32,000 nucleotides of DNA from Cupriavidus necator (GTDB lineage: Bacteria > Pseudomonadota > Gammaproteobacteria > Burkholderiales > Burkholderiaceae). The stretch is from NCBI RefSeq assembly GCF_016127575.1, contig NZ_CP066018.1:3150001-3182000 (forward strand). Direction: 5' to 3'. A model generated the notes under the pieces. That model ran no database searches and was not told the origin of the DNA. It saw only the letters and a program-made list of their open reading frames with translations. The position numbers were made by a program, and so were the translations under genes. How positions within the stretch are numbered: the first letter of the stretch is position 1; every line of letters begins with the position of its first letter. This document shows, piece after piece, positions 1-7,863 of this stretch.

Positions 1-373
1 CTTTGCCAGCATTCGCAAGGCACTGTGTCTGTTCGTATATGAAGCCGGCATGAAGCTGGTTGCCAACATGGGCGACATCGACCTGCAAGCTCTCAAGAAC
101 AATATCAACCTGTTGGCAAAGCTTGAAATCAACGCCACTGCCGGGAAGATCAGCCTCAAGGCAAAGGAAGTGCTGCTCGACGGCGGTGGCAGCTACATCA
201 AGCTGAACGAAGGCGGCATTGAGAACGGCACCAATGGCGGGTGGATCGTGCACGCGGCCAGCAAGAACCTGACCGGTCCCAGCAGTCTTCCGGTGGAGCT
301 AAAGGCGAGGCAAGTCTGCCTGGAATGCCTGCTCAAGGCGGCCGCACGCAATGCCGCCGTGGTTCCTCGATAA
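1..373 (+). CDS. vgrG: VgrG-family type VI secretion spike protein, C-terminal end (5' partial, enters from the left edge)
   Basis: Frame 2 is open from base 2 to the stop at 371-373. The translated tail (FVYEAGMKLVANMGDIDLQALKNNINLLAKLEINATAGKISLKAKEVLLDGGGSYIKLNEGGIE) shows the repetitive beta-helix-like periodicity of VgrG C-terminal regions. A DUF4123 adaptor gene, the canonical vgrG neighbour, starts 21 nt downstream. Confidence 0.75.
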   Translation, partial: FASIRKALCLFVYEAGMKLVANMGDIDLQALKNNINLLAKLEINATAGKISLKAKEVLLDGGGSYIKLNEGGIENGTNGGWIVHAASKNLTGPSSLPVELKARQVCLECLLKAAARNAAVVPR

Positions 374-394
374 ATAACCAGGAACAGCAGCTCG

Positions 395-967
395 ATGACA
401 GAAGAAGAAAGCGTAGTTCATATCTACGTGCTGGCCGATGGCGCCGTGCATCCGACTCGCATTGGTGCATTGCTGCGCGAATCGGGCGCCGATTTTCGAA
501 ATGTGTATGCCGGCCTGCCCGAAGCCGATGCCGGCGACGCCTGCCTGTTCCTGGCGCGGGTGGACGATCCCAAAGCACCCTGGCTGGCGCAATTCGACGC
601 GATGGATTTGCGGGCGCCATGCTTCACGCTCATCTGGAGCCGCGTGGACATTGACCGCCTCGCCCGTCATTTGCATCAGTTTCTCGTTGCGGACATTGGC
701 GAAGGCATGACCGCCCTGATTCGCTACTACGACCCGCGCAACCTGCTGGTGACGATGGAAGTCTGGGGCGACGACATCGTGGAGCGGATCATGCAACCCA
801 TTCAGCAATGGAAATACCGCGGCTACAGCGAGGAATGGCAGTGCATTGACGGGCCGATGGAGGGCGAGAGCACGCAGGATACGCCGCTTTCCATCCAGCT
901 TAGCCAGGAGCAACTGGACCGACTGCGGAACACTGCGAGCCGGATCAGTTGCTCGCGGCGCTCGTAG
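395..967 (+). CDS. DUF4123-family T6SS adaptor/chaperone (N-terminal part; reading frame appears broken near 937)
   Basis: The translation carries DUF4123 hallmarks: VLADGA near the N-terminus and HLHQFLVADIGEGMTALIRYYDPRNL (the hLr-fl...lRyyDPR motif). It sits directly after vgrG. The ORF ends at 967 while a second frame, open from 904, continues to 1254. Confidence 0.75.
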   Translation: MTEEESVVHIYVLADGAVHPTRIGALLRESGADFRNVYAGLPEADAGDACLFLARVDDPKAPWLAQFDAMDLRAPCFTLIWSRVDIDRLARHLHQFLVADIGEGMTALIRYYDPRNLLVTMEVWGDDIVERIMQPIQQWKYRGYSEEWQCIDGPMEGESTQDTPLSIQLSQEQLDRLRNTASRISCSRRS

Positions 968-1254
968 AGGATAGCGTGGTGGATGGGGCAGGTCCCTATC
1001 TCGCGCGCTTCATGGATTTTCTGCCCCGTTACCAGCGTGCCGCCGAGTGGGGGCTGACAGAGCCAGCGGATCGAATGTACTTCTGCGAACTCTCGTACCG
1101 ATACGGCCGCGACTTCGACGCCCACGATGAAATGCGACGCGCCTTGGAAGAGCGTGCTCGTTCCGGGCAAGCCATGATCGCCTGCGCGGATGGGGTGCAT
1201 CCATCCGTCTGGGAGCAGTTGGCGAAAAATGCGAACCGGGAGGTCAACGCATGA
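949..1254 (+). pseudogene. Probable displaced C-terminal continuation of the DUF4123 protein (or a separate overlapping 101-aa ORF)
   Basis: Frame 1 is open from 904 and overlaps the end of the 395-967 ORF. Splicing the frames at about 935-939 (gcg/gag sharing one g) gives a continuous ...LRNTA-EPDQLLAALVEDS... protein of about 286 aa, a normal length for DUF4123 proteins. The listed start is a TTG with no obvious RBS. Its stop overlaps the next gene start (ATGA at 1251-1254). Confidence 0.45.
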
Positions 1255-1874
1255 AATCCTTGTTCATGTCGGCCTTGATGGCGGTATGCCTCGCGATTCT
1301 GCCAGGCTGCAATCAAAGCTCCGTTGTTGGCACTCTCCCAAACGACGATCCTGACGCCCTGATGTCAGGCGATGTTGAGGGCCTGAACTACACCCCTTAC
1401 TACGTTCACACCTTCAACATAGCGGGGCACGACAACGGCATCGGAGGCGGCGGGCCAAACATTGTTCCGGTAAGACCCGACTATATACCGACAGAGAGCG
1501 GTGGCGCCTGCTGTGGCACGTTTCCGGTCCGCTGGCGGCCAGGGCTAAAGGTCACGGTCCGCTGGATCGCCAACAAGAAACTTGATGGGCACGCATGGGG
1601 TTCCTGGTACAAGGCTGAGGCGGAAATTCCCGAATATGGCACAACCACTTATGGCATGTGGGTCATTTTCCTGCCAGGAGATCGCGTCAAGGTCATGGTT
1701 ATGGATGGAAATGCAAACGGCTACAACAGGGTAAGGGCTCGGCCTGCTGACGACGATCCTTACGTGGCAGTCGGGCGGGTGGACGACGAAGCGAATCGTG
1801 AGGAAGAGGCAGCGCGCTTAGTGAGATTCGGCGAGGTAATTAAGGCGGACCCATCAATCGGAGGGTTGAAGTAA
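1251..1874 (+). CDS. DUF3304-family T6SS-associated lipoprotein
   Basis: The signal peptide has a lipobox (AILPGC). The Gly run followed by ACCGTFPVRWRPGLKVTVRW matches the DUF3304 signature (CC...P..WrPGl.v.V.W). There is an ATGA start/stop overlap with the preceding ORF. Confidence 0.8.
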   Translation: MKSLFMSALMAVCLAILPGCNQSSVVGTLPNDDPDALMSGDVEGLNYTPYYVHTFNIAGHDNGIGGGGPNIVPVRPDYIPTESGGACCGTFPVRWRPGLKVTVRWIANKKLDGHAWGSWYKAEAEIPEYGTTTYGMWVIFLPGDRVKVMVMDGNANGYNRVRARPADDDPYVAVGRVDDEANREEEAARLVRFGEVIKADPSIGGLK

Positions 1875-2370
1875 TGAACGTATTGCGTTGGCCGGAGAAA
1901 ATGCCAGAGGGCGGCCTGCTTTCGCCCGCGCCATTGAGGACCCGCACGGCAAATGCGACCTGATCGAGTTGTTTTATCTCGTCATGAGCCTTGGGTTCAT
2001 GGGCCGCTATCGGGTGGAAACCGGGGGAGACCGGCAGCATGAGCATATCCGGCAGAAGCTCTACGAACTATTGAAGTCACAACGTCCGCCGGTGCGGGAT
2101 GCACTATCCGGCGATCTGGAAGTCTCCAAAGAACGGAACTTCCGGCCGCTGTGGGGTATTCCAGTCTGGATGGCAGTCACCGCATACGCGCTTGCGGCTC
2201 TTGTCGCTTTTGGATATTTCAAATATCAACTATCGACCCGCGCGCACGAAGTCGCGCGGGAGATCGAGGCGATTGGGGACGCGGCGGCGTCAGCGCTGCC
2301 CCGGTCACTACCCCCACAAGATGTCAAGGTTGGCGGCAGCGAAACGGGAGATGGCAGTCGCAAGCAGTGA
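1870..2370 (+). pseudogene. tssL: tssL/dotU (type VI secretion membrane-complex protein) 5'-truncated fragment
   Basis: The translation contains the DotU/TssL core motif (CDLIELFYLVMSLGFMGRYRV) followed by the single C-terminal TM helix (IPVWMAVTAYALAALVAFGYF). The frame only opens at 1870, immediately after the DUF3304 stop. The N-terminal part normally found before this motif (I estimate roughly 90-100 residues) is absent, and the only start available is a TTG at 1888. Confidence 0.6.
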
Positions 2371-2522
2371 TTGCCTGCGAACAGGTTGGGGGGGGCGGCC
2401 CCGCTTGAGCCGACATCGAAGCACTGGGCCCGCGGCGGGCTCGAATTTGCTGAAACGCAATAAATTGTCACTTTTGCCAAGTTGCGGCATTTGGGTGATT
2501 CCCGCCGTAAGAGAGATGGCTT

Positions 2523-2550
2523 AAAGTGCCGTGGCCTTTATCGGCACTTT
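2523..2550. promoter_or_regulatory. Perfect 9-bp inverted repeat AAAGTGCCG-N10-CGGCACTTT upstream of the M48 peptidase gene
   Basis: Read directly: aaagtgccg (2523-2531) and cggcacttt (2542-2550), ending 27 nt before the ATG at 2577. It could be an operator or a 5'-UTR hairpin. Confidence 0.35.
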
Positions 2551-2576
2551 CCGAGCTACCCACCAAGAACAACATC

Positions 2577-3338
2577 ATGAAAGCATCTCTCTCGCTCGCT
2601 TCCTGCGCCATGGCGGCCGCACTGCTGGCCGGCTGTTCCGGCGGCATGCCCACCAATCTCGATGGCGTGATGAGCGCCGGCACTTCGCTGGCCAAGGCTG
2701 CCACGCTGTCCGATGCCGACGTCAAGAGCCTGTCCGACCAGGCCTGCGCTGAATCGGACAAGACCAACAAGATCGCCGCTGCCAACACCACCTACAGCAA
2801 GCGCCTGGTCAAGATCATGAGCGGGCTGAAGAACAGCGACGTGCCCAACGTCAACGCCAAGGTCTACATGACCAAGGACGTCAACGCCTGGGCCATGGCC
2901 AATGGCTGCGTGCGTGTCTACAGCGGCCTGATGGACATGATGACCGACGATGAAGTGCGCGGCGTGCTGGGCCATGAGCTGGGCCACGTGGCGCTGGGCC
3001 ACACCAAGAAGGCCATGCAGGTCGCCTACACCGCCACGGCCGCACGCGGCGCGGCGGCAGCTGCCGGCAACGGCGCGGTGGCGGCACTGTCGCAGTCGCA
3101 ACTGGGCGAACTGGGCGAGAAGCTGATCAACGCGCAGTTCTCGCAGTCGCAGGAAAGCGCGGCGGATGACTATTCCTTCGACCTGCTGACCAAGAACAAG
3201 GCCAACACGCGTGGCCTGGTGACGGCGTTCCAGAAACTGGCCAAGCTGGACGGCGGCAAGTCCGGCATGTTCTCGTCGCACCCGGGCTCGGAAGACCGCG
3301 CCAAGCATATCGAGCAGCGCATCAGCAAGGCTTCGTAA
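2577..3338 (+). CDS. M48-family zinc metallopeptidase lipoprotein
   Basis: HELGHVALGH is an HExxH zinc motif. The N-terminus MKASLSLASCAMAAALLAGCSGG is a lipoprotein signal with a lipobox. I chose the ATG at 2577 rather than the ORF-track start at 2526 because the signal peptide begins there. Confidence 0.9.
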   Translation: MKASLSLASCAMAAALLAGCSGGMPTNLDGVMSAGTSLAKAATLSDADVKSLSDQACAESDKTNKIAAANTTYSKRLVKIMSGLKNSDVPNVNAKVYMTKDVNAWAMANGCVRVYSGLMDMMTDDEVRGVLGHELGHVALGHTKKAMQVAYTATAARGAAAAAGNGAVAALSQSQLGELGEKLINAQFSQSQESAADDYSFDLLTKNKANTRGLVTAFQKLAKLDGGKSGMFSSHPGSEDRAKHIEQRISKAS

Positions 3339-3353
3339 GCGGCCTGCGCAAGC

Positions 3354-3396
3354 AAAAAGCCGCCCGCACCGGTCATGCCGGTGCGGGCGGTTTTGC
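3354..3396. terminator. Bidirectional rho-independent terminator between convergent M48 and usp genes
   Basis: A 13-bp GC-rich stem (ccgcccgcaccgg / ccggtgcgggcgg, 3360-3372 and 3378-3390) has a 5-nt loop. It is flanked by aaaaag on the left and ttttgctttg on the right. Confidence 0.8.
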
Positions 3397-3421
3397 TTTG
3401 CTGGCGCTGTGCGCCCGGGGG

Positions 3422-3856
3422 TCAGCGGTAGACGATCACCGGGATGTCGGTATGCGTCAGCACCTTCTGCGTCTCGCTGCCCAGCAGCAGGCCGGACAAC
3501 CCGCGCCGGCCATGAGATGCCATGAAGATCACGTCGCAGCCATGGCGCTCGGCCGCGTCGATGATGCCCAGGTAGGGCACCGCAAAGGTCGACATATCGG
3601 CGTCGAAGGTCACGCCCGCCGCCGTGGCCAGGTTCTCGACCTCTTTCAGATACAGCTTGGCCTGGTTCTCGATGCGGTCCTTGAAGGCCTGCGGGGCTTC
3701 GACCACGATTTCGCTGAACGGCGTGTAGGGGTACTCCTCCAGGCAGACATAGGCCGTGATGCGCGCGCCGATGGCCTTGGCGAGCTCCAGCCCGCCGTTG
3801 ATGGCTTTCTTGGAGAGTTCCGAGCCGTCGGTGGGTAGCAGGATATGTTGGAACAT
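3422..3856 (-). CDS. Universal stress protein (UspA family)
   Basis: The 144-aa product carries ILLPTDGSELSKKA at the N-terminus and the ATP-binding motif ASHGRRGLSGLLLGSETQKVL near the C-terminus. Confidence 0.9.
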   Translation of the reverse strand: MFQHILLPTDGSELSKKAINGGLELAKAIGARITAYVCLEEYPYTPFSEIVVEAPQAFKDRIENQAKLYLKEVENLATAAGVTFDADMSTFAVPYLGIIDAAERHGCDVIFMASHGRRGLSGLLLGSETQKVLTHTDIPVIVYR

Positions 3857-3974
3857 GCGGGGCTCCTTTTCTGACTAGGGATCGGGGCAGGGCAGCCAGC
3901 TGGCATCGGCGGATGCCGGGGCGCCGGTAAGCGCCTGTCACGAATCCATTGTAGTCAGTGTGCCGAGAAGGGCA

Positions 3975-3988
3975 TTGCGCGGAATCAA
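3975..3988. promoter_or_regulatory. Weak FNR/Anr-like box (TTGCG-N4-ATCAA) upstream of the usp gene
   Basis: ttgcgcggaatcaa matches 8 of 10 positions of the TTGAT-N4-ATCAA consensus, with the right half-site perfect. It is centred about 125 nt upstream of the usp start codon. Confidence 0.2.
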
Positions 3989-4030
3989 TTGCAATAAAAG
4001 CGTCTCAGCACACCGGCAGGCGCCTATCCT

Positions 4031-5026
4031 TCAGTCCGCCAGGACCTCGGCGACCGGCGTGGGGGCTGCGGCCTGTTCGGCCCGGCGCCAGTAGGACGGG
4101 TTGCCGTAGGTGTTCTTCAGGTGATCGATAAACAGCCGCACCCGCAGCGGCAGGTGCTTGCGCTGTGGAAACACCGCATGGATGCCGATCGGCGGCGCCT
4201 GGAACTCGTCCAGCACCGTCACCAGCCGCCCGCTGGCGATCTCGCTGCCGACCTCCCACCAGGAGCGCCAGGCCAGCCCGTTGCCTTGCAGGCACCACTC
4301 ATGCAGCACCGCGCCGTCGCTGCATTCCATGGTGCCGCCGACCTTGACCGTGACCGCGCGGCCTTCCTCCTGGAACACCCAGCCACGCTGCACATTGGCG
4401 CTGGCGCCAAAGGCAAGGCAGTTGTGGCGCTGCAGGTCTTCCGGCGCCATAGGGCGCCCGGCGCGCGCCAGGTACTCGGGCGAGGCCACCACCACGCGGC
4501 GCGTTTCGGCCAGCCGGATCGATACCAGGCTGGAGTCGGGCAGGTCGCCCAGGCGGATGGCGCAGTCGAAGCCTTCATTGACCAGGTCGACCACGCGGTC
4601 AGACAGGTCCAGCGTGATCGACACATCCGGATGCGACTCAATAAACAGTGGCACCAGCGGCGCCACGTGCTTGCGGCCGTAGCCCGCCGGGGCGGTCACG
4701 CGCAGGTGCCCGCTGGCCTTGACCCCGCCCGCCGAGACGCTGGCCTCGGCATTGTGCAGGTCGTTCAGGATGCGCTGGCAGTCTTCCAGGAAGGCAGAGC
4801 CTTCAAAGGTCAGGCTGATCTTGCGCGTGGTCCGTACCAGCAGCTTGACGCCCAGGCGCTCCTCCAGCGCGTCGATGCGCCGCCCGATGATGGCCGGCGC
4901 CACGCCTTCAGCCGCCGCCGCTGCGGAAAGGCTGCCGCGCGACGCGACGGATACAAAGGTCTCCAGTTGTTTGAAGTGGTCCACAAATGTTTGCCTGATG
5001 TGCCTGCGGTGTGCCGGCACGGTCAC
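4031..5026 (-). CDS. LysR-family transcriptional regulator
   Basis: The N-terminal wHTH (FKQLETFVSVASRGSLSAAAAAEGVAPAIIGRRIDALEERLGVKLLVRTTRKISLTFEG) is followed by a LysR substrate-binding domain. It has a GTG start at 5026 and is divergent from the HAD-aceB genes. Confidence 0.9.
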   Translation of the reverse strand: MTVPAHRRHIRQTFVDHFKQLETFVSVASRGSLSAAAAAEGVAPAIIGRRIDALEERLGVKLLVRTTRKISLTFEGSAFLEDCQRILNDLHNAEASVSAGGVKASGHLRVTAPAGYGRKHVAPLVPLFIESHPDVSITLDLSDRVVDLVNEGFDCAIRLGDLPDSSLVSIRLAETRRVVVASPEYLARAGRPMAPEDLQRHNCLAFGASANVQRGWVFQEEGRAVTVKVGGTMECSDGAVLHEWCLQGNGLAWRSWWEVGSEIASGRLVTVLDEFQAPPIGIHAVFPQRKHLPLRVRLFIDHLKNTYGNPSYWRRAEQAAAPTPVAEVLAD

Positions 5027-5144
5027 GCAAGCGGTGGCGTTGCGTCCATATGGCCGGCAGTGAGGAGGATTTGGTGCGGAGTTTTGTTTTAGTCAGCCAA
5101 GATTAGTTGCCTAAAAGTAAAAGATCAAGTGACCCGCGACCACT

Positions 5145-5172
5145 TTGCCGCACTGCAGCGTCTCCCTACAAT
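5145..5172 (+). promoter_or_regulatory. Candidate sigma70 promoter for HAD-aceB (-35 TTGCCG, 16-nt spacer, -10 TACAAT)
   Basis: TTGCCG lies at 5145-5150 and TACAAT at 5167-5172. The same two hexamers, with shared flanks, recur upstream of aceA. Confidence 0.4.
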
Positions 5173-5265
5173 TCGATGCATTCAATGGTGTACAGAGCCA
5201 CGCAGCTGTGGTCTGCTCGTCCATCCACCCAGTCGCCCGTACCGTTGCAGGTTGCCCAGGCCCTC

Positions 5266-5967
5266 ATGAACAAGATCCGCGCAGTCGTCTTCGATGCCTA
5301 TGGCACGCTGTTCGACGTGTATTCCGTCACCGCGCGCGCGGAACAACTGTTCCCGGGCCGCGGCGAGGCGCTGGCGCTGCTGTGGCGGGACCGGCAGATC
5401 GACTACACGCGCATCCGCACCATGGCCGCCCCCGATGGCTCGCGCTACAAGCCGTTCTGGGCGATCACCGTGGACGCGCTGCGCTACGCCGCCGAGCGCC
5501 TGAACCTGACACTGGATGAAGCCGCCGAGGCGCAGCTGCTCAAGGAATACGCGTGCCTGTCCGCGTTCCCGGAGAACCTGGGAGCGCTCAAGCGCCTGCG
5601 CCGCGCCGGGCTGCCGCTGGGCATCCTGTCCAACGGCAATGCCGAGATGCTGGACATCTCGGTCAAGAGCTCCGGCATGCATGGCCTGTTCGACCACGTG
5701 CTGTCGGTGGACGCCGTGCGCCAGTACAAGACCGCGCCGGCCGCCTACGCGCTGGGGCCGCAAGCCTTCAGCCTGCCCGCCGAAGAGATGCTCTTTGTCT
5801 CGTCCAACGGCTGGGACGCCTGCGGCGCCACGTGGTTCGGCTACACCACGTTCTGGATCAACCGTGCCGGCCATCCGGCGGAGCGGCTCGACGTAGCCCC
5901 CTCCGGCACCGGGCACGACATGAACGACCTGCTTGAATTCGTCCGCGTCCGTGGCGTGGCGGTGTAG
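5266..5967 (+). CDS. Haloacid dehalogenase type II (HAD superfamily hydrolase)
   Basis: HAD motif I (VVFDAYGTLFDV), the LSNG motif and FVSSNGWDACGATWFGY are typical of L-2-haloacid dehalogenase-like proteins. I chose the ATG at 5266 (MNKIRAVVFD); the ORF-track TTG at 5107 would add 53 residues with no family counterpart. Confidence 0.85.
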   Translation: MNKIRAVVFDAYGTLFDVYSVTARAEQLFPGRGEALALLWRDRQIDYTRIRTMAAPDGSRYKPFWAITVDALRYAAERLNLTLDEAAEAQLLKEYACLSAFPENLGALKRLRRAGLPLGILSNGNAEMLDISVKSSGMHGLFDHVLSVDAVRQYKTAPAAYALGPQAFSLPAEEMLFVSSNGWDACGATWFGYTTFWINRAGHPAERLDVAPSGTGHDMNDLLEFVRVRGVAV

Positions 5968-6017
5968 CAGGGTCCCTTCAACCAAGCCTTACCGCTATCG
6001 ATCACAGGAGAAGACTG

Positions 6018-7604
6018 ATGGCTATCACGCTGCCCGCGGGCATGAAGATTACCGGCGAGATCCTGCCGGCCTACGAAGATATCCTCACGCCGGAAGCCCT
6101 GGCCCTGGTAGACAAGCTGCACCGCGCCTTTGAGCCGCGCCGTCAGGAACTGCTGGCCGCGCGCGTGGAACGCGCCAAGCGCCTGGACGCCGGTGAGATC
6201 CCCGACTTCCTGCCGGAAACCAAGAGCATCCGCGAAGGCGACTGGAAGGTTGCCCCGATCCCCCAGGCCCTGGAATGCCGCCGCGTGGAAATCACCGGCC
6301 CGGTCGAGGCCAAGATGGTCATCAACGCCTTCAACTCGGGCGCTGACAGCTACATGACCGACTTCGAGGATTCCAACACCCCCAACTGGCACAACCAGCT
6401 GCAGGGCCAGGTCAACCTGAAGGCCGCCGTGCGCCGCACGCTGACCCTGGAATCCAAGGGCAAGCAATACAAGCTGAACGACAAGATCGCCACCCTGCAA
6501 GTGCGTCCGCGCGGCTGGCACCTGGACGAGAAGCACGTCACCATCGACGGCAAGCGCATCTCGGGCGGCATCTTCGACTTCGCGCTGTTCCTGTTCCACA
6601 ACGCCCGCGAGCAGATCGCCCGCGGCGCCGGCCCGTTCTTCTACCTGCCCAAGATGGAAAGCCATCTGGAAGCGCGCCTGTGGAACGACATCTTCGTGAT
6701 GGCGCAGAACGAGATCGGCCTGCCGCAAGGCACCATCAAGGCCACCGTGCTGATCGAAACGATCCTGGCGGCGTTCGAGATGGACGAAATCCTGTATGAA
6801 CTGCGCGAGCACAGCGCTGGCCTGAACGCCGGCCGCTGGGACTACATCTTCTCGTGCATCAAGAAGTTCAAGAACGACAAGGACTTCTGCCTGGCCGACC
6901 GCGCCAAGGTCACGATGACCGCGCCGTTCATGCGTGCCTACGCGCTGCTGCTGCTCAAGACCTGCCACCACCGCGGCGCTCCCGCCATGGGCGGCATGAG
7001 CGCGCTGATCCCGATCAAGAACGATCCGGAGAAGAACGCCATCGCCATGGAAGGCATCATCAGCGACAAGCGCCGCGATGCCACCGACGGCTACGACGGC
7101 GGCTGGGTTGCCCACCCGGGCCTGGTCGAGCCGGCCATGAAGGAATTCGTGGCAGTGCTGGGCGACAAGCCCAACCAGTTCGGCAAGCAACGCCCCGACG
7201 TGCAAGTGAAGGGCGCCGACCTGCTCGACTTCAAGCCGGAAACGCCGATCACCGAGCATGGCCTGCGCATGAACATCAACGTCGGCATCCACTACCTGGG
7301 CGCCTGGCTGGATGGCAACGGCTGCGTGCCGATCCACAACCTGATGGAAGATGCTGCTACTGCCGAGATCTCGCGCTCGCAGGTGTGGCAGTGGATCCGC
7401 TCGCCGAAGGGCAAGCTGGAAGACGGCACCAAGGTGACGGCCGAGCTGGTGCGCAAGCTGATTCCGGAAGAGCTGGCGAAGGTGAAGGCACTGGTGGGTG
7501 GCGATACCAAGACCTATGACCGGGCTGCCGAGATTTTTGAGCAGATGTCTACGTCGGAGGATTTTGCTGAGTTTCTGACGCTGCCGCTGTATGAGGAAGT
7601 TTAA
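6018..7604 (+). CDS. aceB: Malate synthase A
   Basis: The 528-aa product shows malate synthase A features: DFEDSNTPNW, YLPKMESHLEARLWNDIF, LIETILAAFEMDEILYELREHSAGLNAGRWDYIFS and RDATDGYDGGWVAHPGL. An RBS (aggaga) lies before the ATG. Confidence 0.97.
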   Translation: MAITLPAGMKITGEILPAYEDILTPEALALVDKLHRAFEPRRQELLAARVERAKRLDAGEIPDFLPETKSIREGDWKVAPIPQALECRRVEITGPVEAKMVINAFNSGADSYMTDFEDSNTPNWHNQLQGQVNLKAAVRRTLTLESKGKQYKLNDKIATLQVRPRGWHLDEKHVTIDGKRISGGIFDFALFLFHNAREQIARGAGPFFYLPKMESHLEARLWNDIFVMAQNEIGLPQGTIKATVLIETILAAFEMDEILYELREHSAGLNAGRWDYIFSCIKKFKNDKDFCLADRAKVTMTAPFMRAYALLLLKTCHHRGAPAMGGMSALIPIKNDPEKNAIAMEGIISDKRRDATDGYDGGWVAHPGLVEPAMKEFVAVLGDKPNQFGKQRPDVQVKGADLLDFKPETPITEHGLRMNINVGIHYLGAWLDGNGCVPIHNLMEDAATAEISRSQVWQWIRSPKGKLEDGTKVTAELVRKLIPEELAKVKALVGGDTKTYDRAAEIFEQMSTSEDFAEFLTLPLYEEV

Positions 7605-7627
7605 GCGGGTAGGGTGCTAGCAGGATG

Positions 7628-7660
7628 AAAAAACCGCAGCTTTGGCTGCGGTTTTTTCTT
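7628..7660 (+). terminator. Rho-independent terminator after aceB
   Basis: In aaaaaaccgcagc-tttg-gctgcggtttttt, a 7-bp core stem (7634-7640 and 7645-7651) is extended by A/T pairs. It is followed by a T run. Confidence 0.85.
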
Positions 7661-7863
7661 TTGGGATGCCGATCGAGTGTCCACTCAACTGTTGGAGTCG
7701 TTCAGGAAGGCGGTCACTCACTGGCACAGCCTCCAAATGTGCGCAGAACGTAAGCCTTCTGCGTCGAAGCCGCCAACTTACGGGCGCTGGATGACGGGGG
7801 CCACACGCATCGCTTGCGCACTACAATGCTCCTGTACAGGCGGCGTCCTGAGGGAGTCTCCAG

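Noticed and set aside
2388-2395. G8 homopolymer tract downstream of the tssL fragment, considered as a phase-variation switch
   Set aside because: It lies in non-coding DNA about 180 nt upstream of the next gene start and is not positioned within a promoter spacer or ORF that I can identify. It is noted only as a potential sequencing-error hotspot.
2556-3941. 461-aa minus-strand ORF spanning the M48 and usp genes
   Set aside because: It is antisense to a well-supported M48 gene and runs through a strong bidirectional terminator. The translation is Arg/Gly/Ala/His-rich low-complexity sequence, typical of shadow ORFs in GC-rich DNA.
5107-5265. Upstream start codons offered by the ORF track (HAD at 5107, M48 at 2526, DLH at 9599, isochorismatase at 10557, hydrolase at 11213, AraC at 11280, small subunit at 21052, large subunit at 22542, dksA-like at 29582)
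   Set aside because: The extensions have no family counterpart. They overlap upstream genes or promoters, and they lack an RBS. In contrast, internal ATG/GTG/TTG starts coincide with family N-termini or signal peptides, and most have an RBS.
5841-7337. 498-aa minus-strand ORF opposite aceB
   Set aside because: It is a shadow ORF antisense to malate synthase A. It has no motifs, and its composition (Ala/Gly/Val/Arg/Asp repeats) is dictated by the opposite strand's codon bias.
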